Assembly (NCBI GenBank): GCA_963820555.1
Contig: CAWGAT010000047.1
Location: 33,982-97,981, forward strand
Source of the DNA: Candidatus Bathyarchaeota archaeon
GTDB lineage: Archaea; Thermoproteota; Bathyarchaeia; TCS64
Reading direction: 5' to 3'
Length of the DNA stretch: 64,000 bases
In this document: positions 1-10,209 of the stretch, in pieces
Position numbering within the stretch: position 1 is the stretch's first letter
Layout of the letters: each line of letters starts with the position of its first letter
Program-made: the position numbers and the translations under genes
Notes under the pieces: generated by a model
Database searches by the model: none
Told to the model about the DNA's origin: nothing
The model's input: the letters and a program-made list of their open reading frames with translations, nothing else

Positions 1-231
1 TCGAGCAGATGGGCGTCACATTCCGCCGAGACGCCGACACGAAGAGGCCGCGCGTCAACAAGCCGGGTAGCAGGCTGGATAAGGAGCAGAAGGAGACCAG
101 GCGCTACTACTACTCCGGCTAACTTGCGTGGCAGTAGATAACGAAAAAATCTACGGGCACCGAAAGGGTTTGTCCCTTTCGATAATTCTTCTCTAAGAAA
201 ACGCTCAGTCTGAACAATATGCATCCATAGT

Positions 232-999
232 TTAGGTGCTTCTTGTGATTATCAATATCCTAAACGTGTTCTGTTGGAACTCCCTCAATGCGGATTTATC
301 CTCATCCCAGCTATACGCTGCGAGGAGCTCGAAGCCGTTCATCTCCAAGTATTGCTGAACCTCTGGATAGCTCACACATCTCAACCGATGCACCTCCTCA
401 AACGTCTCCGCTAGTCCATCTGGGGTAATCAGGATATACTGAAAGGGGAACTCCAAGACGCTGGTCTTAGGATCGAACCTGTTTTCATTGAGTCGATAGA
501 GTGTTCCCCTCTGGTCCTGAACCTTCGTCCACGACTTGTATGGCATAGGCTTCAACCCACTGATGTTCACGAAGTCGAAGATGAAGACACCATCCTCGAC
601 CAAGTGCTTCTTTACGCTGGTTAGTGCCCTTTCGATGTCGTCGTAGGTCTGCAGATAGGGGAACGCCGTGAACATACAGATCGCGCAGTCGTACTTCCTG
701 CCGAGGTAGATGCTCCGCATGTCTTGGACGACGAAATTGATGCTGAGGTTTGCCTTCTCCGCTTTTCTTCTAGCGACGTTAATCATATCCACCGAGAGAT
801 CCAAACCCGTCACATCATATCCTTTCCTCGATAAAATCAAGGAGTGATTCCCGGTCCCGCAGGCGATGTCGAGTATATGTTCGGGTTTTATTCTGCAGTG
901 CTCCTCTATCAACTTGATTAGAGTGTCGACTTCGGTTTCGTAGTCGACCGATTTATAGATCAGATCGTAGAACTCGCTTGAGGTTTTAGAGAAGCCCAT
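232..999 (-). CDS. class I SAM-dependent methyltransferase
   Basis: 255 aa ORF with the glycine-rich SAM-binding motif LDIACGTGNHS followed by an acidic loop (DLS). Typical small-molecule or RNA MTase fold. Confidence 0.7.
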   Translation of the reverse strand: MGFSKTSSEFYDLIYKSVDYETEVDTLIKLIEEHCRIKPEHILDIACGTGNHSLILSRKGYDVTGLDLSVDMINVARRKAEKANLSINFVVQDMRSIYLGRKYDCAICMFTAFPYLQTYDDIERALTSVKKHLVEDGVFIFDFVNISGLKPMPYKSWTKVQDQRGTLYRLNENRFDPKTSVLEFPFQYILITPDGLAETFEEVHRLRCVSYPEVQQYLEMNGFELLAAYSWDEDKSALREFQQNTFRILIITRST

Positions 1000-1019
1000 A
1001 GGAGTTCTAGGGTTGTTTT

Positions 1020-2305
1020 AACTGAGTGTTTGCGTTTTTCATGATTACCTCGTGTCGATAAGCCTCAACAGGCTCCTCGTTGACCGATCCGAATCCCTCA
1101 ACCTATGAATAAAACCATGCATACACTTCCTCCTCACCCACTCAACCGTCGCCTCCAACGAGAGAAGACCACCCGTGACGGAGTACCTCAGAAGCCTGCG
1201 ACGAAGAACATCGAGGAGAGCACAGGCCAGAGAGACTAGGTGCGCGTGTATAAGCGCCGCTTCGCTCCCCCTGAACCTGTACTCCCCGAAACCAAGAGAC
1301 TTAGCATCCCTATAAAAGTCCTCCACCCTATGCCTCTCCAAAGCATGACCCAGCAGCTCACCGACGCCGCAGCAGACCATGTCGCTGCAGAGCAGGTGAA
1401 CATCGTTCGTGCCGGCCTTCACATCCACCAAGATGGATACATCGCCTATCTTGGGCATCGTCACCTCAACCATACACGCCTGATAGAGCTCACCACCAAC
1501 CTCAACGTCGCTGAAGCACCCCGTACGACACATCTCCTCGACCAGCTCACGCAGGTGAACACGCTTACCATCGTGGAACACGATCCTGTTCCCCTTGATC
1601 TCACCGATCCAGTTGAAGCCGCGGCTCCGGCACTCCTCTATCAGGTCCATGCAGGTGAACCAGGAGTCCCAGAGGACGACGGTGCGCCTCGCCCTAGGGG
1701 TGTGATCCCCAATCAGCTCGCAGGCCAGCTCCACACGGGTCCTGAACGGGGCACCCTTCTCACTGCACCTCCTCTTGCTCCCGTAGAGCCTCAACCCGTC
1801 CGTGACGGCGACCCCGCCGTTGACGTGGAGGGATGAGACGTAGTCGTGGCTGAGCACCGTGCCCATCGTTGAGCTGTGGTTGATGCAGACCATCTCGGTC
1901 CTGGGGCTGTACTTCCTGCAGACGGTGTCGTCTATGACCTCGTACTCGACCTCTGGGTCATGTTCGGCCTCGCTTAGGAGCAGCTCCCTGCCCATCTTCA
2001 CCACCTTCTCTATGTCCCACTTGGATTCGGTGATGAACCTGTTGAGGCTGCTCTGGTCCTTACGGTCTATGAAGAGCTCGTTCATGCTCTTGATGTCGTG
2101 CTCCCCTTCGCCCGCTACGATGAGCCCCGTCATGGTTCTGCAGAAGTTGGTGTACTGGGGTTTGGTGAAGAACCTCCTGAATTTTGAGAGTAGGTTTCTG
2201 AGTCTGCTTGGTATGCTTGTTATGAAGCCGAACACGGTTTCATGTAGGAGAATCTAAAAAATAAGCTTTAGACACGGTTTACCGGGAAAACGCAAATACT
2301 CAGTT
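1020..2305 (-). mobile_element. insertion sequence, IS701/IS4-superfamily-like, with terminal inverted repeats
   Basis: Left end 1020-1040 aactgagtgtttgcgtttttc. Right end 2285-2305 ggaaaacgcaaatactcagtt is its reverse complement with 2 mismatches (19/21). The repeats bracket a single 396 aa transposase ORF and AT-rich flanks. Confidence 0.65.
1045..2235 (-). CDS. DDE transposase (IS701/IS4-like)
   Basis: 396 aa ORF. The N-terminus (FRRFFTKPQYTNFCRTMTGLIVAGEG) looks like IS701-family transposases. A DDE-like acidic triad lies in VIDDT ... LWDSWF ... downstream E. Opposite-strand ORFs 1240..1836 and 1859..2257 are GC-driven artefacts. Confidence 0.6.
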   Translation of the reverse strand: MFGFITSIPSRLRNLLSKFRRFFTKPQYTNFCRTMTGLIVAGEGEHDIKSMNELFIDRKDQSSLNRFITESKWDIEKVVKMGRELLLSEAEHDPEVEYEVIDDTVCRKYSPRTEMVCINHSSTMGTVLSHDYVSSLHVNGGVAVTDGLRLYGSKRRCSEKGAPFRTRVELACELIGDHTPRARRTVVLWDSWFTCMDLIEECRSRGFNWIGEIKGNRIVFHDGKRVHLRELVEEMCRTGCFSDVEVGGELYQACMVEVTMPKIGDVSILVDVKAGTNDVHLLCSDMVCCGVGELLGHALERHRVEDFYRDAKSLGFGEYRFRGSEAALIHAHLVSLACALLDVLRRRLLRYSVTGGLLSLEATVEWVRRKCMHGFIHRLRDSDRSTRSLLRLIDTR

Positions 2306-2347
2306 AATTTAAAAAATGTTTTACTAAAGAAAGACGGTTGATCTTTG

Positions 2348-3125
2348 TTACTTTGGTTTGTAGGCTTCGACGGTAACGCTCTTCACCTTGAAGTCGACGT
2401 CGTACTCGCTGGTGTCGTAGAAGGACTCCTTGAGTATCTTCGGCTTGTTGAAGCCAGCCGCCTCTATGTCCTTGAGGTACTCCTCCTCTGGTAGTGCGCC
2501 GGCGACGCAGCTTGCCCAGGAGTCGAGGTCTCTCCTGATCTCCTCGGGGATCTTGCCCTCGGTGACTATGTCGCTGACGGTTATCCTGCCCCCGGGCTTG
2601 AGGACGCGGTGGGCCTCGCGGAAGACCTTTGGCTTGTCAGGGCTGAGGTTGATGACGCAGTTGCTGATTATGGCGTCGACGGTGCCGTCCTCGACGGGCA
2701 TCTCCTCGATCTCGCCGAGGCGGAACTCGACGTTCTTGAAGCCGTACTCCTCCGCGGCCTCCTTCGCCCTCTTGATCATGGCCTCGTTCATGTCGACGCC
2801 GATTACCTTGCCCTTGGAGCCTACCTTCTTTGCGGCGAGGAAGACGTCTATACCTCCGCCTGAGCCGAGGTCGAGGACCGTCTCCCCCGGCTTGAGCCCC
2901 ACATAGGCGACGGGTGAGCCGCAGCCGAGGCCGAGTATCGCCTCCTGCGGGATCTCCTCAAGCTCCTTGACGTTATATCCAATCAGCTCCGCTGCCTGCT
3001 TTGGGTCTCCCCCTCCGCAGCAGCTGCCGCCGTCGCTGCCGCAGCCGCACCCGCTGCTTCTTCGACTCGGCTACCGCCGTGTATCGCTTCTTTACTGCTT
3101 CCTTGATCTCCTTCGCGCTCGCCAT
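2348..3125 (-). pseudogene. arsM: arsenite S-adenosylmethionine methyltransferase ArsM, apparently frameshifted near the N-terminus
   Basis: The C-terminal 184 aa match the ArsM core (LDLGSGGGIDVFLAAKKVG ... ISNCVINLS ... VLKPGGR). The in-frame upstream part carries the Cys-rich CGCGSDGGSCCGGG and GDPKQAAELIGY motifs. The N-terminus (MASAKEIKEAVKKRYTAVAES, start codon 3125..3123) is in another frame. A single-base indel near 3060-3075 joins them. Confidence 0.65.
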
Positions 3126-3217
3126 TATGGTCTGAGAGGCTTATCACAGCGACATATTTAAGAATATTGATATGAGTACTCGTAAACCTTTTGAGACCAC
3201 CCGCCTCGGCTCAACCT

Positions 3218-3785
3218 ATGAAGAAGACCTGCGGCTGGGGCACCGACGACCCCCTGATGACGGCTTACCACGACGAGGAGTGGGGGGTCCCCGTCCACGA
3301 CGACCGACTTCACTTCGAGTTCATAGTCCTCGAGGGCGTCCAGGCGGGACTCAGCTGGCGCACCGTCCTCCACAGGCGCGACGCGTACCGCGAGGCCTAC
3401 CACAACTTCGACCCCAAGAGGGTCGCTGCCTACACCGAGGCCGACGTGGAGAGGATCATGGACCACCCCGGCATCATCCGCAACCGCAGGAAGATAGAGG
3501 CAGCCATAAAGAACGCCCGCGCCTTCCTGGAGGTCCAGAAGGAGTTCGGCACATTCGACAGGTACATCTGGGGCTTCGTCGGGGGAAAGCAGAGGGTCAA
3601 CACCTACACGAGCTTCAAGGAGATGCCCGCGGAGACGGAGGAGAGCCGCGCCATGAGCAAGGACCTCAAGAAGACGGGGCTTCACCTTCGTCGGCCCAAC
3701 AATCTGCTACGCCTACATGCAGGCCGCTGGCCTGGTAAACGACCACCTGACAAAGTGCTACCGTTGGAAGGAGGTGCAGAAATGA
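3218..3785 (+). CDS. tag: DNA-3-methyladenine glycosylase I (Tag), with an apparent 1-nt frameshift near 3675
   Basis: CGWGTDDPLMTAYHDEEWGVP ... FEFIVLEGVQAGLSWRTVL is diagnostic for Tag. The C-terminus only reads correctly (GFTFVGPTICYAYMQAAGLVNDHLTKCYRWKEV*) after dropping one base in aagaagacgggg. The ORF track's 272 aa product runs on in the wrong frame. Confidence 0.75.
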
Positions 3786-4679
3786 AGCTATTCGACGAGT
3801 TACTCAGGCCCGTCCCCGAGCTTTTCTTCGAGAAGTCGGGGGAACCCGAGGACGCCGACTATCATACTCTTCGGGGCACCCCTCGACAGGACCGCCTCCT
3901 ACAGGGGCGGGAGCAGGTTCGCCCCCACCGCCATCAGGGAGGCGAGCCAGTACATGGAGAGCTACAGCGTCAGGACGGGCCTCGACTGGGAGGACCTGAA
4001 GCTCGTTGACATCGGTGACATCGCCGACGTAGGGGAGGTCGAGCCCGCCGTCGAGAACATCAGGAGGGTCGTCGAGGAGATCAAGGCGCTGGGTAAGCTC
4101 CCAGTTATGCTGGGGGGCGAGCACACGATCACCCTCGGCGCCCTCCGCGCCCTCCACCCCGAAGCCGTCGTCGTCTTCGACGCCCACCTCGACCTCAGGG
4201 ACACACTATTCGAGGAGAGGCTCTGCCACGCCACCTACCTGCGCAGGGCACATGAGGAACAGGGATTCAGGCTAGTAATCGTCGCGGCGCGCGCCCTCTC
4301 CGCGGAGGAGATAGAGTACGCCGAGGAGAAGGGTGTCACCGTCGTCACGGCGCAGGACGTGAAGAGGTTCGGCGTCGAACCCGTCCTCGGAATGATCAGA
4401 GACTCCCTAGAGGGCGTCGAGTCCGTCTACCTGAGCGTCGACATGGACGCCGTCGACCCCGCCGAGGCCCCCGCAGTGGGCAACCCCAGCCCAGAAGGCA
4501 TAGGAGTCACCCAGCTGCTCGACCTAATCGCCGGCGTCGTCGACAAGCGCCTCGTCGGCTTCGACCTGAACGAGGTCTCCCCCAGCTACGACTCGGGCTT
4601 AACCGCGATCCAGGCCGCCTACATCGTCCTCGAGACCCTCTACATGGCCGAGAGGGCACGACGCGGCTACCCCTCATAG
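3782..4679 (+). CDS. speB: agmatinase/arginase-family ureohydrolase, with an apparent 1-nt frameshift near 3856
   Basis: The downstream frame gives IILFGAPLDRTASYRGGSRFAPTAIREASQYMESYS ... GGEHTITLGA ... DAHLDLRD ... SVDMDAVDPAEAPAVGNPSPEGI ... GFDLNEVSP. These are the metal-binding motifs of the arginase family. The N-terminal 25 aa (MKLFDELLRPVPELFFEKSGEPEDAD) are in another frame. Confidence 0.75.
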
Positions 4680-4733
4680 CCCATATATCCCAGCGAGTCG
4701 AAGTCTACGCGATGGCGGCTCCCGACTTCAATA

Positions 4734-7281
4734 ATGGACGAGGGCGAGGAGGAGATAAGGCCGAAGGGGCGTCTGGCCCCCGAGAACCTGCCCACGAGCT
4801 ACCTCCTCAGCGCGGGCTACGACGGCGCGGAGCAGAAGGCGTACCTCCGCCTCTACGAGCCCGTGAGCCAGCAGGTCTACCTCTGGTACGACAACACGAG
4901 CCACCTCCCCTACTGCATAAGCAGGGAGCCCATCACGGAGCTGGAGAAGAACCAGCGCCTCCTCCGCCACGAGGGCTACTTCTTCATGGAGGAGGTCAAG
5001 AAACACGACCCCCTCGCAGACAAGGAGATCAAGGTCACAAAGGTCGTCGCCAAGGACCCCCTCAGCATCGGCGGAGGCAGGGGCCAGCCCATCAGGAGCA
5101 TCATCGGGGACAGCTGGGAGAGCCGAATCAGGTACTACCAGTGCTACATCTACGACCGCGAACTCATCACCGGGATGCCCTACAGGGTGGAGAACGGCAA
5201 CCTCGTCGACGCCGGCTACACCCTCGACGCGGAGACGGAGGCGAAGATCGACGCCATCCTGGAGAAGATCGAGCCCGAGTTCAGGGGCAACATGAAGGAG
5301 TGGACCCGCCTCCTCCAGTGCCCCGTCCCCAAGCTGCGGCGCGTCGCCGTCGACATCGAGGTCCGCCCAAGCGTCCAGAACAGGCTCCCCAACGCCGACG
5401 AGGCGACAGGAGCCCATAACCGCCGTCGGATTCTCAGCCAGCGACGGCTTGCGCAGGATAATCGTCCTCAACGACACCGGCCACGATGTACCGACACCCG
5501 GTCATCCTCGGCGCGGAGGTTAAGGTCTACACCGACGAGCGCGACATAATCAGGGACACCTTCAAGGTCCTAGACGAGTACCCCGTCGTCCTCACCTTCA
5601 ACGGTGACGACTTCGACTTCCGATTCCTACGCAACAGGGCGAAGAACCTCGGCATCCCCGACTCCGAGAACCCCATAGTCATGGGGCGCCGCTTCGCCTT
5701 CCTCAGAAACGGCGTCCACCTCGACCTCTACAAATTCTTCATGAACAGGAGCATACAGGGCTACGCCTTCGGCAACCGATACAGGGAGAACACCCTCAAC
5801 GAGATATCCAAGAGCCTCACTCAACCATGGAGAAGCTCGCAATCGGCGACATCATGGCGGCGAACATGCAGGACCTCGCCCAGTACTGCCTCAACGACTC
5901 CGACCTCACCTACCAGCTCACAGCCTTCAACCACGACCTCGCCATGAACCTCATAGTCCTCCTCACCCGCATCAGCAAGATGATCATGGAGGACGTCACC
6001 CGTAACGGCGTCAGCAGGTGGATACTCTCCCTCATGGAGTGGGAACACAGGCACCGGGGCTGGCTCATCCCCAACACGCAGGACATCCTCGACGTGAAGG
6101 GGCAGACCAGCACCACCAGCATCATCAAGGGGAAGAAGTACCAGGGCGCCATAGTCAGGGACCCGAAGCCCGGCGCCCACTTCGGCGTCATCGTCTGCGA
6201 CTTCGCCAGCCTCTACCCCAGCGCTATCAGGAACTGGAACCTAAGCTACGACACCATCCTCTGCAACCATCCCGAGTGCAGGGATAACCTTGTCCCCGGG
6301 ACCCCCCACTGGGTCTGCAAGAAGAACCGCGGCATGGCGAGCCTCATCATTGGAAGCCTTCGCGACCTCAGGGTCCAGTGGTACAAGCCCCGAAGCAGAG
6401 ACAAAGCCCTAAGCGTCGAGGAGCGCCAGTACTACGACGTCGTCACCCAGGCCCTCAAGGTCTTCCTGAACGCCAGCTATGGGGTCTTCGGCTCCGAGAG
6501 CTTTCCCCTCTACTGCCCCCCGCTGGCGGAGAGCACAGCAGCCGTCGGCCGCTACGCCATGACCAAGGCCGTCGATAAAAGCCAGCAACTAGGCATAGAG
6601 GTCATCTACGGCGACACGGACTCCGTCTTCCTCGAGAAGCCGTCGAAGGAGCAGATTGACGGCCTCGTTAACTGGGCCGACGCCGAGCTCGGCATCGACC
6701 TTGACGTCGACAAGCAGTACCGCTACGCCATATTCAGCAGCCGGAAGAAGAACTACCTCGGCGTCTACCCCGACGGCAAGCTCGACATAAAGGGGCTGAC
6801 GGGGAAGAAGCGGCACATCCCCCCCATCCTCAAGGACGCCTTCGTCAAACTCACCACCATCCTCAGCAACGTCGATGGGCCCGAGGAGTTCCCCGACGCC
6901 AAGGAGGAAATCAGGAACCTCGTCACCACCATCAACCACCGCCTCAAGAACCGCGAATTCGCCATAGAGGAGGTCGCCTTCAGCATGATGCTCGGCAAGG
7001 GCCTCGCAGGCTACGACACCACGCCCCAGCACGTCAAGGCGGGCAGGATGCTCGAGGAGCAGGGATACGAGCTCAAGGAGGGGGACATAATCAGCTACGT
7101 CGTCACAAAGGACGGCGTCAAGCCCGTCCAGATAGCGGGGAAGAAGGACGTCGACATAAACAAGATGGAGGAGTACCTCGAGGGCACATTCGAGCAGGTC
7201 CTCGACGCCCTCGACATGAGCTTCGACGAACTCGTCGGGCGCCCACGCCAGACGGGACTCGGCGCATTCTTCACACGCTAG
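4734..7281 (+). CDS. polB: family B DNA polymerase (archaeal PolB) split into three overlapping-frame pieces by frameshifts
   Basis: Piece 1 (4734..5549) has Exo I (VAVDIEV). Piece 2 (5486..5947) has Exo II (LTFNGDDFDFRFL). Piece 3 (5827..7281) has the polymerase motifs including YGDTDS. The pieces overlap in different frames, so this is indels rather than an intein or a natural split. At least two +1 shifts lie between 5400 and 5500 and one near 5825. Confidence 0.8.
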
Positions 7282-7811
7282 AGCCCCGAGAGGAGGCGGC
7301 GCGCCTTCTCCATCTCCTCCGGCTTCTTCGCCACCTCCCCCTTCTCATTGGCGGTTATCAGCGCCTCCCCAGCGTACACCAGCCCGAGGTACTTGAAGCT
7401 CATCTTCAGGCTGTCGACAAGCGGCCCGCAGGCGCTCGGCCCCTCCTCGGAGGGGGCGATCAGGTAGGCCTTCTTCCCCTCGAGGCGGCGGTTGGCGACG
7501 TAGGGGCGGAGGCGATCGATGAGGAGCTTCATCTTGGCGGTGGGGCCGTACCAGTAGATCGGGGTGCCGAGGATGATGACGTCGGCGGCGTCTATCTTCC
7601 TGTAGATTTCGGGCATGTCGTCCTTGAGTACGCAGACCTTCTCCCCGGCCTTGCAGGCGCGGCAGTCGACGCATGGCTTAATCTCGTAGTCGTAGAGGTA
7701 GAGCTTCTCCCCCTCGTGCCCGTGCTTCGTCGCCTCACCGAGGGCGGCGTCGACGAGCAGTTCCGTGTTCCCCATCCGGCGGGGGCTCCCGATTAATGCT
7801 AGTATCTTCAT
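7278..7811 (-). CDS. flavodoxin-like NAD(P)H-dependent FMN reductase / iron-sulfur flavoprotein
   Basis: MKILALIGSPRRMGNTE ... CVDCRAC ... VIILGTPIYWYG is the NADPH-dependent FMN reductase family fold. The start was taken at the internal Met 34 of the ORF-track product (7811..7809). Confidence 0.7.
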   Translation of the reverse strand: MKILALIGSPRRMGNTELLVDAALGEATKHGHEGEKLYLYDYEIKPCVDCRACKAGEKVCVLKDDMPEIYRKIDAADVIILGTPIYWYGPTAKMKLLIDRLRPYVANRRLEGKKAYLIAPSEEGPSACGPLVDSLKMSFKYLGLVYAGEALITANEKGEVAKKPEEMEKARRLLSGL

Positions 7812-7924
7812 TAAGCAGACTCTCGCCCTCAGCTCCTTTATCCCTATCCCCCGGGACCAGTAAAAATTACAACTGGCTGGGAGAAGACTATAATATTGGG
7901 GCCACAGCATCCTCTTCGGTCAAT

Positions 7925-9232
7925 ATGACCGGTTTCGTGGACATAGCCAAGATACTTGGCGGAAAGCATGACGAGGAGCAGGTCCAGATCCGCGGCTGGC
8001 TCTACAACAGCCGGAGCAGCGGTGGCCTGGTCTTCCTCCACATACGCGACGGCACAGGTGTACTGCAGTGCACCGTGAACAAGAAGAACGTCGACGAAGC
8101 CACCTTCAATAATCTCGAGGGGCTCACGATGGAGTCCACACTCGAGATTGGGGGAAAGGTCCGCGTGGACCAGCGCGCCCCGGGTGGCTACGAGCTCTCC
8201 GTCAATAACCTCGGCACAGTCTACGAGGCTCAGCCAGACTTCCCTATAACGAAGAAGGAGCACGGCCTCGAGTTCCTACTAGACAACAGGCACCTACAGG
8301 TCCGGGACCCAAAGCTGCAGAGCATCTTCAAGATCAAAGCCGAGTTCCTCAAGGCAGCGAGGACGTGGTTCGGAGAGAACGGTTACACGGAGACCCAGAG
8401 CCCCAGCTTCACAAGCGCGGCCTGCGAGGGCGGCTCAACCCTCTTCGAGGTCAAGTACTTCGACAAGAAGAACGTCTACCTGAGCCAGAGCTGGCAGCTC
8501 TACGCGGAGGCGATGATAAGCAGCCTCGGCAAGATATACACGATCGCGCCGAGCTTCAGGGCGGAGCCCAGCAGGACGCGCCGCCACGTGACCGAGTTCT
8601 GGCACATGGAGGTCGAGGAGCCCTGGACGGACCACGACGGCATCATGAAGGTGGGGGACGCGCTGGTCACTCACATCGCCCACCACATCGCGGAGACGAT
8701 GCCGAAGGAGATACAGGCCGTGGGCAGGGACCCTAAGGACCTGCTGAAGATCGAGACTCCGTTCCCGAGGATCAAGTACGACGAGGCGGTGGAGATTCTG
8801 CAGAAGGACGGCGTCGAGATGCTCTGGGGGGACGACTTCGGCTGGCAGCAGGAGGCCCCACTGACGCAGCACTTCGAATTACCCTTCTGGGTCACGGGGT
8901 TCCCCACGGGGATCAAGCCCTTCTATCACATGCCCGACCCCGCGAGGCCTGACACTACGAAGTCGGGCGACCTACTCGCCCCCGAGGGCTACGGCGAGAT
9001 CATCGGAGGCGGGCAGCGCGTACACGACTACAACCAGCTTCTCCAGCGGGTGCTTGACGACAACCTCAACCCGGAGGACTATAAGTGGTACATGGAGCTG
9101 CGGAAGTGGGGCACGGTGCCGCACAGCGGCTTCGGCCTAGGCGTGGAGCGTGTACTTACGTGGATGCTTAAGCTTGAGCACATCAGGGACACCATCCCCT
9201 TCCCCAGGGACATGCGTAGGGTCTACCCGTAA
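7925..9232 (+). CDS. asnS: asparaginyl-tRNA synthetase, archaeal type (class IIb)
   Basis: Several motifs are near-identical to Pyrococcus-type AsnRS: FRAEPSRTRRHVTEFWHMEVE, PFPRIKYDEAVEILQ, APEGYGEIIGGGQR, GTVPHSGFGLGVERVLTW. Appears intact. Start at Met 44 of the ORF-track product. Confidence 0.85.
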   Translation: MTGFVDIAKILGGKHDEEQVQIRGWLYNSRSSGGLVFLHIRDGTGVLQCTVNKKNVDEATFNNLEGLTMESTLEIGGKVRVDQRAPGGYELSVNNLGTVYEAQPDFPITKKEHGLEFLLDNRHLQVRDPKLQSIFKIKAEFLKAARTWFGENGYTETQSPSFTSAACEGGSTLFEVKYFDKKNVYLSQSWQLYAEAMISSLGKIYTIAPSFRAEPSRTRRHVTEFWHMEVEEPWTDHDGIMKVGDALVTHIAHHIAETMPKEIQAVGRDPKDLLKIETPFPRIKYDEAVEILQKDGVEMLWGDDFGWQQEAPLTQHFELPFWVTGFPTGIKPFYHMPDPARPDTTKSGDLLAPEGYGEIIGGGQRVHDYNQLLQRVLDDNLNPEDYKWYMELRKWGTVPHSGFGLGVERVLTWMLKLEHIRDTIPFPRDMRRVYP

Positions 9233-9298
9233 CCCCGCTCTTCTTTTCTAAAGAATCACTTTTTCAGTGCGGCGACGAAGCCGTCGACCTTCGCGTCA

Positions 9299-9775
9299 CC
9301 CACCCCGCCTTCATACAGACACGCGACCAGAAAGTATGCCGCCGCGGCGTTGAGCCTCAGCGAACTCGCCCACTTCGGCCCCGAGTACGCCAAGCAGATA
9401 CAGGCCAACTCACACGCGCTCGCAGGGGCGCTCGACGAGCAGGGCTTCAAGGTTGTGGGGAAGGAGAAGGGCTACACGAAGACGCATCAGGTGATAGTCA
9501 ATGTCCGTGACCTCGGGCCGCGTGCCATCGAGAAGAGGTTCAACGAGTCGAACATCCTCCTCCCCACGACTGTCCTCTGGGACGACCCCCCGAATTGCAG
9601 GGGCGGCCTCAGGATATCGGTGCAGGAGGCTACCCGCCAAGGGATGACTGAGGGGGAGATGAAGCAGGTGACGGCGTTGATCAGGAGGTCGGCAGACGGG
9701 GAGGACGCTGAGTCGATGAGGGGCGAGGTCGAGAGGTTCGTCGCGCCCTTCCGGAAGCTAAAGTACTGCTTCTGA
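9299..9775 (+). pseudogene. glyA: 3' remnant of serine hydroxymethyltransferase (glyA); the N-terminal ~290 codons are missing
   Basis: KYAAAALSLSELAHFGPEYAKQIQANSHALAGAL ... THQVIVNVRDLG ... GGLRISVQEATRQGMTEGEMKQVTALI matches only the C-terminal third of SHMT. asnS ends at 9232, so nothing upstream can be the N-terminal part. An AT-rich insert and an IS follow immediately. Confidence 0.7.
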
Positions 9776-9860
9776 TGTAACCTCTTAACAATTATTGGAA
9801 AAATTTATAAAAATATAGAATTCATTTTAACTGGAGAGTGATTTATTTTTATGGATATTA

Positions 9861-10208
9861 ATGAGCCCGGATTTTATTTTAGGTTTTATCGGTAGTGTAA
9901 CAGGAATTTTAAGTCTATTAATACTCATTTTTAACACCTATAGAGAAAAACCAAAAATTAAAATAATTGACGAAATGATGATACTTCAATATAAAAAAGG
10001 AAAATTTAATTCTGATCTAGAATATAAAATTAGTAATACCGGGAATAAAGATACAACTATATACAGAGTAATAGTCTCTTTCGGCCCTGATGTAGAGGTA
10101 TTTGATCAGGAACTTGTATCTTTACTAGCTCATTCATTGATTAATGGACCCAGTAATACTAAAAGTAATAATTTATGCTCTGTGGAATTAGTCGATAATT
10201 TTACATAA
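9861..10208 (+). CDS. hypothetical small membrane protein, low-GC and foreign-looking
   Basis: 115 aa with one N-terminal TM helix (ILGFIGSVTGILSLLILIF). It sits in a ~35% GC segment (9780-10230) inside a ~60% GC genome. Confidence 0.35.
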   Translation: MSPDFILGFIGSVTGILSLLILIFNTYREKPKIKIIDEMMILQYKKGKFNSDLEYKISNTGNKDTTIYRVIVSFGPDVEVFDQELVSLLAHSLINGPSNTKSNNLCSVELVDNFT

Positions 10209-10209
10209 A

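Noticed and set aside
1240-2257. ORFs 1240..1836 (+) and 1859..2257 (+) on the opposite strand of the transposase
   Set aside because: They are fully embedded antisense to a well-supported 396 aa DDE transposase. Antisense ORFs of this kind are common at this GC content and have no protein-like motifs.
3158-5477. Long antisense or alternative-frame ORFs (3158..3685 -, 3172..3738 +, 4712..5419 +, 4728..5477 -)
   Set aside because: Arg/Pro/Gly-rich low-complexity translations overlapping the tag, agmatinase and polB coding frames. Typical GC-driven spurious ORFs.
4734-7281. PolB as a naturally split gene or intein-containing gene
   Set aside because: The three pieces overlap by 60-120 nt in different reading frames. 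No intein-like insertion (no Hint or homing-endonuclease motifs) lies between them. This pattern indicates indels, not biology like the Methanothermobacter split PolB.
9256-9450. 64 aa minus-strand ORF overlapping the glyA remnant start
   Set aside because: Antisense to the SHMT-homologous frame. Ala/Cys-rich with no motif.
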